Source of the DNA: the human T2T-CHM13v2.0 reference genome, Homo sapiens
Assembly: GCF_009914755.1 (NCBI RefSeq)
Contig: NC_060929.1
DNA: 64,000 bases
Reading direction: 5' to 3' (one strand)
In this document: positions 1-14,205 of the stretch, in pieces
Numbering within the stretch: the stretch's first letter is position 1
Layout: the number at the start of each line of letters is the position of its first letter
Program-made: the position numbers and the translations under genes
Notes under the pieces: generated by a model
Database searches by the model: none
Seen by the model: only the letters and a program-made list of their open reading frames with translations
What the model was told of the DNA's origin: nothing

Positions 1-1427
1 CCTAATTCCCCTATTTAGAATTATTACCTCTTTCTTTTGCGTTCACATAGTAAATTATACCTTTCTCACATCACTGATCAAACAGGTGGATATTTTACTC
101 TCAAATGATTATATTTGTTCAACTACTTATATTCCCAACTAGACTGTAAGTTTCATGGGTTCTGGGGCTACACTCTCAACAATTGGTCAAGCAGAGATCA
201 TGCCATGTTCTAGCATCCATGGGAACAAATGTGGGGCAAGAAGGATATAGGGAGGAATATCTGTAAATGGATCCTAGGCAGTCAGTTGGTAAGAGGGAAA
301 GCTCTTAAAAATACTTCTTGATTATATTTCCTACATTCCTCATAGTTTGCACTGCTTGCTTGAAATGTTTTTAATCCCTCTCCTAAGTTAATATTTATGT
401 CAAGTATTCCAACTTAAACTAATTTGTTGAAAAGATGTCATGTTTGGAAACTTTTCTCAGGTGGAAAGACTGCTGCCTGTATCCAACTCTACATACATTT
501 GAGTCCAGTGCTATGCAAATATGATAACGAAAACTCAGAGAGGCTTGTTGATATGCTGTATTTCAATGGGTAAGTCTAAAATCCTGATGAAAATAAAATC
601 TGCTCTGATTTTTACATTTATAAACTGAGACACCATCTGACAACTGGGCAGCAATATGCAAATAGATTTGCTGGGATTTTTAAGCAGCTTTCCCTGTAAT
701 TCAGATGTGCATAGTGCAGAAAGTCTCCTTTGCTTTCTGCACATGTCCAAAGTAACTGTTCTAAATCTGATATGAACCTGTCCCCTTATCCCAGTGAAAA
801 AATACTGCTATGGGAGCTAAATTGGGCTGGGAGAAAAAGACTGAGACCACCAAGTATTTTCAGAATGACCCCAAAGGCCATCTGTCTTTCTGACTTGTAA
901 CTGATATTGGTGCTAAGACTTTGGTAGATCAGTTCCAGCCCAGACAGCTCTCATTTTATGTATATAGAAATAAAATGAGCTTTGGGTTACAAATAATCAG
1001 CTTAATAACAACATCAGCATCTGCTCAATATTATAGTTATTCCTAACCTTGGTTGGATTCCTACTTTGCATTCTAATCTCCCAGAGTGTAGTTTTTACCA
1101 TAGAACTAACCGTCTGCTTTGTACTTAAGAATATAGGTTCCAACTATTTAACCCCAACTCTTCATTTTACACTACTAAATTTACTTTACCCACGCGAATA
1201 TTCCATTTTCCTTATTTGTAACATTTATAGTTTAGCAATCTTACCATGCTTTGTTTATATATTTTTCCGTGCAAATAGGGGTTTTGATACTTTACTATCC
1301 TTTATTAATTTGCTTGCTTTATATACACATATATTTCTTGTCTCATACTCTTGGCTTAGCAAAACTTTCCATCCATCATTTATCTGTTTCTTGAGTCTAT
1401 GTTGTAACGTGTCCTCCTCTTTGTTGA

Positions 1428-1736
<309 letters not shown>

Positions 1737-2162
1737 TGGTGCTTCTCTTAAATGCCATTTCCGTTAATACCTGCTAGAAGACAGCTGACAACTAATATGC
1801 CCACTGATAAGAGGTGTGCCTCCTTTTAAAATATAATTGAATGTAATAGGCCCTCTAGAAATGTGTAAATAGAGAGGATCTCAGGTCCCATTCCTGATGT
1901 TTAATTTTCAGGACCAGAGCTAAATTAGCAAAAGAGGTTAAGAACTAGTAATGAACTAGACTTATTTTGCCAATTAGAATTACTGCAGTGTTGACAGGCC
2001 CTCCCTGGAAACAGATTCCATCAGAACCCGTGTTTTGCAGCACCACACTTTCCATCCTCAGTCACAGCTCATTGGATATGCATTGTGCCCCTTACCCAAG
2101 GTCAGCAAATCCATAGGCCCATAAGTCAAATGCAGCCTGCTCTTGTTTGAAAAGGTAGACAT

Positions 2163-2258
2163 GCCAGTCATATTCTCCCTCATTTGGGAGTTTAGTAGGA
2201 GAACAAGTCAGCCAGTCATATTCTCCCTCATTTGGGAATTTAGTAGGAGAACAAGTCA
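2163..2258. repeat. 48-bp tandem duplication (2 copies, 1 mismatch)
   Basis: GCCAGTCATATTCTCCCTCATTTGGGA[G/A]TTTAGTAGGAGAACAAGTCA at 2163-2210 and 2211-2258. Confidence 0.97.
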
Positions 2259-2559
2259 GGATGAGAATTAGGCAAAATTATGGTTTAGAGAGAAGTTATA
2301 AAGTAAAAAATTGTATTCAAAGAACTGGAGAATGGAAGAGACTTATAGTCAAATTATAATGGGCAGAGCATTAGGGGGCTGGTCTAAAAATTCTTACTGT
2401 TAAAGTTTCTGGAACTATAATAAATCCTTTCAGTTTTAAAAGACAAATCATTTGTTTATGAGATCTAGCGTGTTTTTTTCCTCATAGTTTTGCATCAAAT
2501 TCTCACTTTCCTCATTCCTACATATAGACATCATATGAACATATTACAAATTTTGTTAA

Positions 2560-5500
2560 TGTTTAAATTTTTGTTGGGTACATAGTAGGTGTATATATTT
2601 ATGGAGTACATGAGACATTTTGGTACAAGCATGCAATGTGTACTAACTACAGCATGGAAAATTGGGTATCTATCCACTCAAGCATTTATCCTTTGAGTTA
2701 CAACAATCCAATTATATACTTTTAGACATTTTAAAGTGCACTATTAAATTATTACTGATTATATTCCCCATACTATACTACCAAATACTATGTGTTATTA
2801 ATTCTATTATTTTTGTTGTACCATCAAATACTAGGGCTTACTAATTTGTACTATCAAATACTAGGTCTTATTAATTCTTTCTATTATTTTTGTACCCATT
2901 AACCATCCCCAACTCCACACTGCCCCACAAATACCTTTGCCAGTCTCTAGTAACCACCCTTCTATTTTTTATGTCCATGAGTTCAATTGTTTTGATTTTT
3001 AGATTCCACAAAAAAGTGAGAACATGTGATGTTTGTCTTTCTGTGCCTGGCTTGCTTCACTTAACGTAATGATCTCCAGTTCTATCCATGTTGCAAATAA
3101 CAGGATCTCATCTTTTAGGAATGAATAGTACTCCATTGTGCATATGTACTACATTCTCTTTATTCATTTATCTGTTGATAGACATGTAGGTTGCTTCCAA
3201 ATCCTGACTATTGTGAACAGTGCTGCAACAAACATAGGACTGCGGATATCTCTTTGATATCCTAATTTCCTTTCTTTCCAGCATGTATGCGGAAGTGGGA
3301 TTGCTGGATAGTATGGTAGCTCTATTTCTAGTTTTTGAGGACCCTCTGAACTGTTCCTCATAGTGGCTCTATTATTTATATCCCCACCAGCAGTGTACAA
3401 GTGTTCCCTTTTCTCCATAGCCTCACAAGCATTTGTTATTGCCTTTTACATAAAAGCGATTTTAACTGAAGAAAGATGATATCTCACTGTAGTTTTAATT
3501 TGCATTTCTCTAATGATAATGATGTTGAGCACCTTTTCATATGCCTATTTACTATTTGTATGTCCTCTTTTGAGAAATGTCTATTCAGACCTTTTGCCCA
3601 TTTTTTAATTGGATTATTATATTTTTTCCTATAGAGTTGTTTGAATTCGTTGTATATTCTGGTTATTAGCTCCTTGTCAGATGGGCAGTTTGCAAATATT
3701 TTCTCACACTGTGTGGGTTATCTCTTCACTTTCTTGGTTGTTTCCTTTGCTGTGCCGAAGCCTTTTAACCTGATGTCATCTTATTTGTCCATTTTTGCTT
3801 TGATTGCCTATGTTTGTGGAGCATTACTCAATAAATTTTTGCCAGACTAATGTCCTGGAGAGTTTTCCCAATGTTTTATTGTAGTAATTTCATAGTTTGA
3901 GACTTAGATTTAATTATTCAATTCGTTTTGATTTGACTTTTGTATAAGGTGAGAGATAGGAATCCAGTTTCATTCTTCTGCATATGGATATCCAGTTTTC
4001 CTGGCAGCATTTATTGAAGAGACTGTCTTTTCCCCAGTGTATATGCTTGGCACTTTTGTTGAAAACGAGTTCACTGCAGGTATGTGGATTTGGTTCCTGG
4101 TCCTCTATTCTGTTCCATTTGTCTATGTGTCTGTTTATATGCCAGTACCATGCTGTTTTGTTTATTATAGCTCTGCAGTACAATTTGAAATCAGGTAATG
4201 TGATTACTCCAATTTTGTTCGCTTTGTTCAGGATAGCTTTGGCTATTCTGAGTCCTTTGTAGTTCCATATGAATTTTATGGTTGTTTTTTCTATTTCTGT
4301 GAAGAATGTCATTGGTATTTTGATAGAGATTAAATTGAATCTGTAGATTGCTTTGGGTAGTATGAACATTTTAACAAAATTGATTCCTCTAATCTGTGAA
4401 CACAAAATACCTTTCCATTTTTTGTGTATGTCCTCTTTAATTTCTTTCATCAGTTTTTTGTAGTTGTCATTATAGAGATCTTCCACTTCTTTGGTTAAAT
4501 TAAATCCTAGGTATTTAATTTTATTTGTTGCTATTGCAAATTGGATAACTTTTTAAATTTCTATTTCAGATCATTCACTGTTGACATATAGAAATGCTAA
4601 TGATTTTTGTATGTTGATTTTGTATCCTTAAAACTTACTGAATTTATTAGTACTAGTAGGTTTTTGGTGGAGTCTTTAGGTTTTTCCAAATATAAGATAA
4701 TACAACGTTCAAACAAGCAAAATTTGACTTCACTTCCAATTTGGATGCCCTTTATTTCTTTCTCTTGTCTGACTGTTGTAGCTAGGACATCCAATACTAT
4801 GTTGAGTATCAGTGGTGAAAGTGGGCATCTTTACCATGTTCCAGATCAAACAGGAAAAGCTTTCAGTTTTCTTCCCACTATGACACTAGCTGTGGCTCTG
4901 TCATATATGGCTTTTATTATGTTGAGGTATGTTCCTTCTATACCCAGTTTTTTGAGAATGTTTATTGTGAAGGAATGTTGAATTGTATCAAATGCTTTTT
5001 AACATCAATTGAAATGATTATGTGGTTTTTATTCTGTTGGTATGATATATCACATTTATTGATTTGTGTGTGTCAGACCATCCTTGCCTCCCTGTGAGAA
5101 ATCCCTCTTGGTCATGATGACTGATCTTTTAAATGTATTGTTGAATTTGATTTGCTAGTATTTTGTTGAGATTTTTTGCATCAATATTTCTCAGAGATAC
5201 TAGCCTGTAGGTTTACTTTTTAATGTGTTTTTGTCTGGTTTTGGTATCAGAGTAATGCTGGCCTTGGAGAGTTTGGAAGTTTTCCCTCTTCCTCTATTTT
5301 TTTAGAACAGTTTGAGTAGAATTAGTATCAGTTCTTTAAATGTTTGATACAACTCAGTAGTGAAGTCATTGGGTCCCAGGCTTTTCTTTACTAGGAGACT
5401 TTTTACTAAGGATTCAATTTCATTACTTATTGGTTTGTTCATGTTTTGGATTTCTTCATGATTCAATCTTGGTAGGTTGTATGTGTCTAGGAATTTATCC

Positions 5501-6792
5501 ATTTCTTCTATATTTTTCAGTTTCTTGGCACATAGTTGCTGATGGTAACCACTAATGATCTTTTGAATTTCTGTGGTATCAGTTGTTATGTAACCTTTTT
5601 TCAATTCTGGTTTTATTTAGTTGGAGCTTCTGTCTTTTTTTCTTTGTTAGTCTGACTAAAAATTAGTAAATTTTGTTTATCTTTTCAAAAAGTCAACTTT
5701 TTGTTTCATTAATCTTTGGTGTTGTTTTCTTCATTTCAAATTCATTTATTTCTACTCTAATATCTATTATTGTCTACTATTTTTGGGTTCAGTGTGCTCC
5801 TGCTTTTCTAGTTCTTTAAGATGCATTATTAAATAACTTATTTGAAGTTGTTCTTTTTTGATGTAGGGACTACTTTTTCGGTGTAGGCATAAATGTTTCT
5901 CTTAGTATTGCTTTCACTGTATAGCATGTAGGTTTGATAGTTTGTCTTTCCATTATTATTTCAAAAATTTTTCCATTTTCTTCTTAATTTCTTATTGACC
6001 CACTCACTAATCATTCAGGAGTCTATTGTTTAATTTCCACGTGCTTGTATAGTTTCCAAAATTCTTCCTGTTATTAATTTCTAGTTTTATTCCTTTGTGG
6101 TCAGAGAAGATGCTTGATATTATTTCAATTATTGTTAATGTTTTAAGACCTGTTTTGTGACCTAACATGTGATCTATCCTTTAGAATGTTCCATATGCTG
6201 AGGAGAAGAATGGGTACTCTGCAGATGTTGAGTGAAATATTCTGTGAACCTCTATTAGAACCAATTTTTTATAGCACAGATTAACTTTCATGTTTGTTGA
6301 TTTTCTATCTAGGAGATCTGTCCAATGATGAAAATGGGGTGTTGATGTCTCCAACTATTATTGTATTTGCATCTGTCTCTTGCTTTAGCCCTAATAATAT
6401 TTGCTTTATATATCTAGGAGCTACAATGTATGGTACATATATAATTACAATCATTATATCCTCTTGCTGAATTGGCCCTTTTATCATTATGTAATGGCCT
6501 TTGTCTTTTTTTACACTTTTCATCTTGAAATCTATTTTGTCTAAGTATAGCTACTCCTACTTTGTTTGGTTTTCATTGGCATGAAATATCTTTTTCCATC
6601 CCTTTATTTTCTGCCTATGTGTATTTTTATAGGTTCTGTATTTCTTGTAGGCAACAAATCATTGAATCTTGTTTTTCTCCAACCTTTCAGCCACTCTACG
6701 TCTTTTGATTGGAGAGTTTAATTCATTTACATTTAATGTTGTTATTGATAAGCAGAGACTTACTCCTGTCATTTTATTAATTGTTTTCTGGT
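2560..6792 (-). mobile_element. LINE-1, L1MA1-3-like: 3' UTR plus degenerate ORF2 (EN, RT, C-terminal), 5'-truncated
   Basis: 3' end GGGTACATAGTAGGTGTATATATTTATGG typical of L1MA. Minus-strand ORF2 fragments: 6305-6523 (endonuclease, KDKGHYIMIKG...IVGDINTP), 5302-5604, 4597-4794 (RT, with FADD decayed to FERC), 3914-4486 ([10 protein letters not shown]...KTAWYW) and 3164-3418. Confidence 0.93.
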
Positions 6793-7327
6793 TTACATAT
6801 TTTTGAAAATCAATTTCTTTATTACCTGAAATAATTTAAGTGTGTCTCTGTTCTTCACAACCAAATGTGTAAAAATGCACCAAAATGTGTAGACGGTGGG
6901 GAAACAACAACTTCCAAAATAAAACATGGAAGTTGTTATTTTCCAACTATCTACATCTGTCGTATTAAAAATAATAAATATTAAAGTTTGGGTCTTCTCC
7001 AAACATGACTATTTTCTTCTTTTTGTCTGAATTTTTGTGATTTTAATTTCTTAAACTGAGACAACTTTATATGGTATATATTGAAAATCAAGTACCTTAA
7101 TACAATTTTTATAAATCTCTATATAAAAGTAAATAATATTCTTTACTTGGATCAATTATAAAAGATAAAACCTAACATTCTCAACAGATAACATCCTATT
7201 ATTATTAAAATATAAACTAAATTTTATATAATAACTCATTTTAATTTGTTTGCTAAATTGAACTTAGCATTTCATGCTTTTTGGTGATACATGATTAGGA
7301 GACTTGTGCGTGTGTATGGAAGCCCTT

Positions 7328-7893
7328 GTGTTAGACAGTACTAATATGGCCTCAATGATCCTCACCTGCTGGTATTCATGATCTTTTCTAATTCCCTTCC
7401 GTTAAACGTGGGCTAGGCTTACTGACTTGTTTCTAACAAATATGATGTGGCTGAAGTAATGGAAGGTAACTTTTTGGCAAAGGTTACAAAGAGATTGTGA
7501 CCTCCATTTTGCATGCACACTGATGCTTTTACTCACTAACTCTGAAGGAAGGTAGCTGCCCTGTAAAGCCTTACAGGACATGAAACTAAACAAACTCTTT
7601 GACCAAATAACCACTGAGTTGAGGCCCTCAGTCTGATAGCTCACGAGGCTTAAAATCCCGTCAACATCTATGTGAATGAGTTTAGAAGCAGATCCTACTT
7701 CCATAGAGTGTTCATATGAGAATGAGCCCTGGCTGATACCTCGACCACAACTTTAGGAGAGTCACTGAAGCAGAGGCATCCAGCTAAGCCAAGCTGAGTT
7801 TTCTGACCCACAGAAACCATGAAATAATAAATGTTTGTTGATTTATGCTACAAAGTGTTGGGGCAATTTTTTATGCAGCAATTGATAACTAAT
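7328..7893 (+). mobile_element. MaLR solo LTR, MLT1F-like
   Basis: Starts TGTGTTAGACAG...ATGGCCTCAATGATCCTCACCTGCTGGTATTCA. Ends CTGACCCACAGAAACCATGAAATAATAAATG...ATGCAGCAATTGATAACTAAT. Confidence 0.8.
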
Positions 7894-8439
7894 TTTATCA
7901 TCAAGAATGTTATTTTTTATTGTTGAAAATTACTAAGATGAACAAAAGCTTCTAATTGAGAAGAAAAAATCAAATGCTATCTTGCCATTTCTAGAAAAAT
8001 AATAAATGAGAGGTTTCCATTTGCTTCAGCTCTCATTTCTTTACATCCTGGTAATTAGCAAAGTTAACCTATAGATAAATTTATTATACATTTTCATTCT
8101 CCAGTTATTCTTTGCTAGATTGAAAAAGTTTGTTGTGACATTGTGATCAATAGATAATCAACCACTCTGTCATATATACTGTTTTTTTTTAATTTAACTT
8201 CACTTTTGTATTGACTGTAATGATTCAAATTTTTAAGGGAAAACATCAGCATGATCTTTCTGTGCATTATGTTCCAATTTCACTGATTTTCTATAGTGTA
8301 TTTTTATATGTATATAATCTTATTTTAAAAGCCAATGGGTCAATGTAAAGTTTCTTTTCTAAGTTTCTAAAATCTTAATTATGGTAGTTCTTATGGTAGA
8401 CATTCTAAATTATCTTCTTTTGTGAGTTCTTTCTTTGTG

Positions 8440-8979
8440 CCTGTTTTGCTTATCTATTGCTATTTAACAAAATACTCTGAAACTTAGTGTCAAAAATAAC
8501 AACCACTTATTTGCCCATGAATCTGCAATGTGGGCAGGGCTAATTTTTGTTCCACATGATTGGCTGGGATATTCATGCAGCATATTTGGTTGGGGTCTTG
8601 ACTGGAACTGAGATAGCTAACAGGTCTTTGCTCACATAACAGGTGCCTCCGCTGCTATGCTTGGCCCAGCTATGAGCTGGCCAAGGAACTCATGCTTTTC
8701 TTTGCTTAGTTTCTATAGCACAGAAGCTATACCTTTTTACATGTTACCTCAGGGTTCCAAGAAATTGAAATGTAAAGCTGCAAGACTTCTCAAGGACAAT
8801 ACTGAAATTGACACTGCAATAGTGTCAATTGATAAAAATTCTATTAATAAAAATAAATCCCAAGGCCAGCCCAGAATCTATGGGGAAGAAATAGACAAGA
8901 GCTCTTGATGGAAGAAGTGGCATCTGCATATAAAAATGGAAGAATTAATGGTGACTATATGTGGCAATTATTACTCACA
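8440..8979 (-). mobile_element. MaLR solo LTR, MLT1G/H-like
   Basis: TATCTATTGCT...AACTTAGTG...CATGAATCTGCAATGTGGGCAGGGCT and CAAGGCCAGCCCAGA...CTCTTGATGGAAGAAGTGGCA match antisense MLT1. Confidence 0.7.
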
Positions 8980-11838
8980 GTGCTCAGGAGGTTTCAGCTT
9001 TAGCTATATGATGCTAGTTGTTGATTATGGTTTCTATGAAGAAAGATAGGAAATTTAGTAACAGACAAAGCTTGCTGAACTTAAAAATATAAAGATTAAC
9101 ACAACTCAGAAGAAAATCAGCATTTCCCTGATCTGTAGATTTGAAATTATAACCCTGGAAGAGTTGGAAGAGACTGAAACATTTTTAGATTGAGAAAGGG
9201 ATATTAAAGTCCCAAAATAAACACTATCTGAGTGACAGAGGAGTCAGCAGAAACTTTATAGTTTAGTGGAAAAGGATGATGAAAGGAAAGCATTGAGGGG
9301 GGAAAAAAGTAGGTAAAGATAATCTTTAAAGAGTTAGAACAGTGCCTGGCTCTATAGTTTAAACTGAGAAGAGAGGCAGTTTCCCTGTCAAAAGATATTA
9401 ATAAAAGAAATAGCCACATGATATGTTCTACAGATTTATAGTCTACATTGTGATTTTTTTGAGCCCCTGTTGCTTCCAGAAGCATGGTATTCACATTGTT
9501 AAAAATACAGTAGAAATGAGATAAACTGTGTTTGTAATCTTTAAATATTCACTTGCTTTAAAATATAAGATCTTATAACTTTTAGAGGAGGATAGAGGAG
9601 GTTGCTATCAGTGAGTAAAAGTAAACGGAAGGATTTATGTAAGGTATTTGGAATAGGATACAATGTGCACATTACAGTTCAGGGAATTTGTGGAATCCTG
9701 GCATAACAGAAATGAAAAACAACACTTTTCTAAAACTGAATTAAGGGGATACTGCTAGCCAACTGGAATGGTGTATAAAACCTGTACTATTTCTACAATA
9801 TTTATTTTATGAAATTTAAACCATCTTTAATCAATGAATGCATAATCCTATTACAGAATGATTTATATTTAAAAACTCACTAAGAAATTAGTATATTATA
9901 CTATACTATGGTCATTTTAGTAGGATTGAAGTGATATCTCTTGTGGTTTTAATTTACATTTCCTTAATGACTAATGATCTTGAGCAGTTTTTCTTGTACT
10001 TATTGGCCATTTAAATCTTCTTTGGATAAATGTTTATTCAGATCCTTTGCTCAATTTTTAATTGGTTATTTGTCTTTTTATTATTTAGCTATAAATATTC
10101 TTTATATACTCTGGAGACAAGACAGTCACATGTATGATTTGCAATAGTAGTATTTTGTGTTTTTTCTCTTTCATCACTTTCAATGCAGTTATTTTCAGCG
10201 CAAAAATTTTAAAATTAGATTTAGTTCAATTTATCTATCTTCCTTTGTTGCTTAGGATTTTCTTGTCATAGCTAAGAAAATCTTGTGTAAGCTTTCATCA
10301 CGACTTACTATGAATTCGTTCTTAAAAGTTTTAGAATTTTGGCTCTTACATTTAGGTCTATGATACATTTTCAGTAATTTTTATGTATGATATAAAATAA
10401 GCAGTCAACATCACATTTTTGCTTATAGATATCCAGTTATCCCAGCACCATTTGCTGAGGAGACAATTTTTTCCCAATTGGATTGATTTGTCACCCTCAT
10501 TGAAAATCAATGAATGTTAAATGTAAGGATTTACTTCTGGATTCTCAATTCTATTCCATTGAAATGTATGTTTATTCTTACACCAGTGCTAAATGGGCTG
10601 AATTAGTGTAGGTTTGTAGTACATTTTGATATTGGAAAATATGAGTCCTCTGAATTCGTTTTTCTCTTTTGAGTGTGTATTAGCTATTATGCATCTCTTG
10701 CACTTGTGTATGTATTTTAGAATCAATTTGACTTTTTCTGCAAAAAGACAACTGGCATATTTGTAACTATTTTGTTGACTCTATAGAACATTTGAGGTAA
10801 TATTGTCATTTTAACATTAAATTACCAATTCTTTCACATGAGATGCCTTTTCATTTAGTTGGATCTTCTTAATTTCTTTCAACAATGTTTTCTGGTAATC
10901 AGTATGCAAATTTTGCATTTGTTTGTCAAGTTTATTCCTGTATTTTATTCTTGTTGATGCTATTAGAAATAGAATTGCTTCCTCCATTTTGTACTTTTTT
11001 CATTTCTTCTGTGTAGAAATTTTTTTTTATTTTTAAATTTCCGTCATATAGCCTGGAACTTCGATGAATTTGGTTATTAGTTCTAATATTTTTAATTGAA
11101 TTCCTTAGGATTTTCTATATATGAGATCATGTCATCTGCATCTAGCAATAAGTAATTTCTATGACTCTTGTTTATTTCTCTCGAAAAATTGCCGTGGCTG
11201 TACCTCCCTTATGCAGAAGTAGTAAGAGTGGATATCCTTAACTTGCTTCTGATTTTAGAAGAAAATTCTTAGTTTTTCACCATGGCATATGATATCAATT
11301 GTGGGATTTTCATAGATACACTTAATCAGGTCAGAGAAGTTATTTTCCGGTCCTATTTTATAATGAAAAGGTGTTGGATTTTGCCAATTGAATTTTCTAC
11401 ACCTATAGAAATAATTATGTTTTTAATTTTTTATTCTATTAATATGATGTGTTACATTGACTGGTTTTCTTATGTTAAGCCAACCTTTCATTTTTCAGAT
11501 ATATCCCATTTGGTCATATTGTATAATCTCATTTAAATGTTGCTGGAATTGATTTCATGTGGTTTGTTGAGGATTTTTATATCTAAATGTACTGGACATT
11601 TGATCTATAGTTTTCTTTTCTTGTATTTTCTTAGTTTTAGTACCAGTTTTGTCCTGATAGTATAAGTTAGGAAATATTCCTTCCTCTTAAATTTTTTGAC
11701 AATTTTGAGAAGAGTTGTTATTAACTCTTCTTTAAATATTAGTAGGATGCACTAGCGAAGCCATACACCTGCTTTTGGGAGAAGTTATTCGTTACTAATT
11801 AAAACTTTTCACTTGTTATACACCCATTCTGATGTTAT

Positions 11839-12252
11839 TTCCAGTAGTTTGGGTATCCTTATAGCAGCACCCCACTCATGGTACCAATTTACTGTATTAG
11901 TCTATTATCATGCTGCTAATAAAGACATACCCAAGACTGGGTAATTTATAAAGGAAAGAGGTTTAATGGACTCACAGTTCTTCATGGCTAGGAATGCCTC
12001 ACAGTCATGCCAGAAGACAAAGGAAGAGCAAAGTGATATCTTACATGGTGGCAGATGAGAGGGCATGTGTTGGGGAATGTCACTTTATAAAACCATCAGA
12101 TCTTGTGAGACTTATTCACTAACATGAGAACAGCATGGGAAAAACCTGCCCCCATGATTGAATTATCACCCACTGAGTCCTTCCCATGACACGTGGGGAT
12201 TATTACAATTCCAGGTGAGATTTGAGTGGGGACACCGAGCCAAACCATATCA
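11839..12252 (-). mobile_element. THE1 (B/C/D-like) 5' LTR (11893-12252) plus ~54 bp of internal sequence
   Basis: LTR TGTATTAGTC...AAAGACATACCCAAGACTGGGTAATTTATAAAG...GAGCCAAACCATATCA. The adjoining GGGTATCCTTATAGCAGCACCCCACTCATGGTACCAATTTAC is the antisense THE1-int start (compare 21514 onward). Confidence 0.9.
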
Positions 12253-12905
12253 TTCTTTCTCTTTAGTCACATTTGGTAGATTATGGCTTTCTAGTGACTT
12301 GTCTAGAGTTCATTTAGTTAATATACATTTTTAGCCAGAAGATGCTCATAGTATATCCTTATAATCTTTTCTTTAACCCTCTCTAAGTTCCATAGTAATT
12401 GTCATGCCTTCTTTTTTTTTTTTTTTTTTTTGTAAATCGAGTCTTCCCTCTCTTTATAGTATTTTTGGTCAATGTACATAAAAGTTGGCCAATTTTGATG
12501 ACATATTAAAGTGCCAATTTTTTGTTACATTAATTTTATGTATTTATTGTTTTTATATTCTCTATTTTACTTATTTTTACTAGTTTTTAATACTCCCTCC
12601 TAAATGAAAATTAAGAGTTAAATTTTCACTTAGTTTTCTAATTTCATAAGGTTGCAGTTTTAGTTATTGATTTGAGATTTTTTGTTTGTTTTTTAGTGTA
12701 GGTTTTTATAGCTATAAATATCCTTCAGAGCACTTCTCTAGCTACATTGTATATTATTATGTGATGTTCTGATTTTATTTTCATTTATCTTAAAATATTT
12801 TCTAATTCATTTGTATAATGTATTTTTTCTAATTTTCTAATTTTTGATGTGAATTTTTTTAAAACTCGTTGGTTATTCAGGAGTTCGTGTTGATTAATTT
12901 TCATG

Positions 12906-13250
12906 TAGTCATGCAAACATTCATGATGGGAATATGTTCTGAGAAATTTGTTGTTAGACAGTTTTGCTGTGTGAGCATCATAGTTTACACTTACATGAAC
13001 CTAGACGGTATAGCATGCTACACTCCTAGGCTATACAGTGTGGCCTATTGCCCCTAGGCTACAAGTGTGTACAGCATGTGACTCCACTGAACACTGTAGG
13101 CAACTGTAACATAATGACAAGTATTTCTGCATCTGAGCATATCTAAACGTAGAAAAGGTACAGTAAAAATACAGTATTACAACCTTATGGGAACACTTTG
13201 GTATTTGCAGTCCATCATTAAATGAAATGTTATTATGAAATGTATGATTA
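12906..13250. mobile_element. Tigger3a/MER7A non-autonomous TcMar-Tigger DNA transposon
   Basis: TAGTCATGC...GTTCTGAGAAAT...ACCTAGACGGTATAGC...CCTAGGCTACAA...AGAAAAGGTACAGTAAAAATACAGTATT...ATGATTA, about 345 bp. Confidence 0.88.
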
Positions 13251-13303
13251 TAATTAGAAATGCCCTAAATTGCCTTATGTTATTAAATTCTAGTTTAATT
13301 CCA

Positions 13304-13600
<297 letters not shown>

Positions 13601-14019
13601 TTTCTGTTGCTTTTGAAAACATATTTTGTATGATTTCAAATCTTAAGTTTATTGAAGCTTGTCTGATGCCTACCACATGGTCTCTCCTGTGGAACGTTCT
13701 ATGTGCACCTGAGAAGAATGTATAGTCTACTACTACTGTTAAGTAAAGTGTTCTTCTATAGATACTCCTTATTTCTAGTTGATGTATTTTTCAAGTCTTC
13801 TATTTCCTTCTTGATCTTCTGCTTATTTGCTTTTTCATCATTGAATGTAGGGTATTGAAGTTTATAATAATAATTGTTTAATTTTCCATTTCCCCTTTCA
13901 ATTATTAGTTTTTACTTTATACATTTTGAGTCTCTGTGTTACGTGCATATTTTGATGTGAATTAAAATAAAAACACAGCATACCTAAATATATGCAATGC
14001 AGCTAAAGAAGTACTCAGA

Positions 14020-14205
14020 TATATATATATATGTTTATATATATATACACTCACACATACTTATAAAACAATATATATATTTCTTATATATAAAAATGTA
14101 TATATAATAAAGTACTCAGTAATATATATGTGTGTATATATACTTACAGTACAAAATACACTTACTGTGTATGTGTATATTTAATATATACTTACAGTAT
14201 AAAAC
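14020..14205. repeat. TA/CA-rich low-complexity tract with short internal direct repeats
   Basis: (TA)n runs. AAGTACTCAG at 14009 and 14110, and TATATACTTACAGTA at 14137 and 14185. Confidence 0.8.

Noticed and set aside
714-742. Hairpin GTGCAGAAAG-9nt-CTTTCTGCAC
   Set aside because: About one 10-bp stem with a short loop is expected by chance in 64 kb. It is too short for a pre-miRNA.
8806-8830. Hairpin AATTGACACT-5nt-AGTGTCAATT inside MLT1
   Set aside because: It could be a template-switch scar but cannot be distinguished from chance without orthologues.
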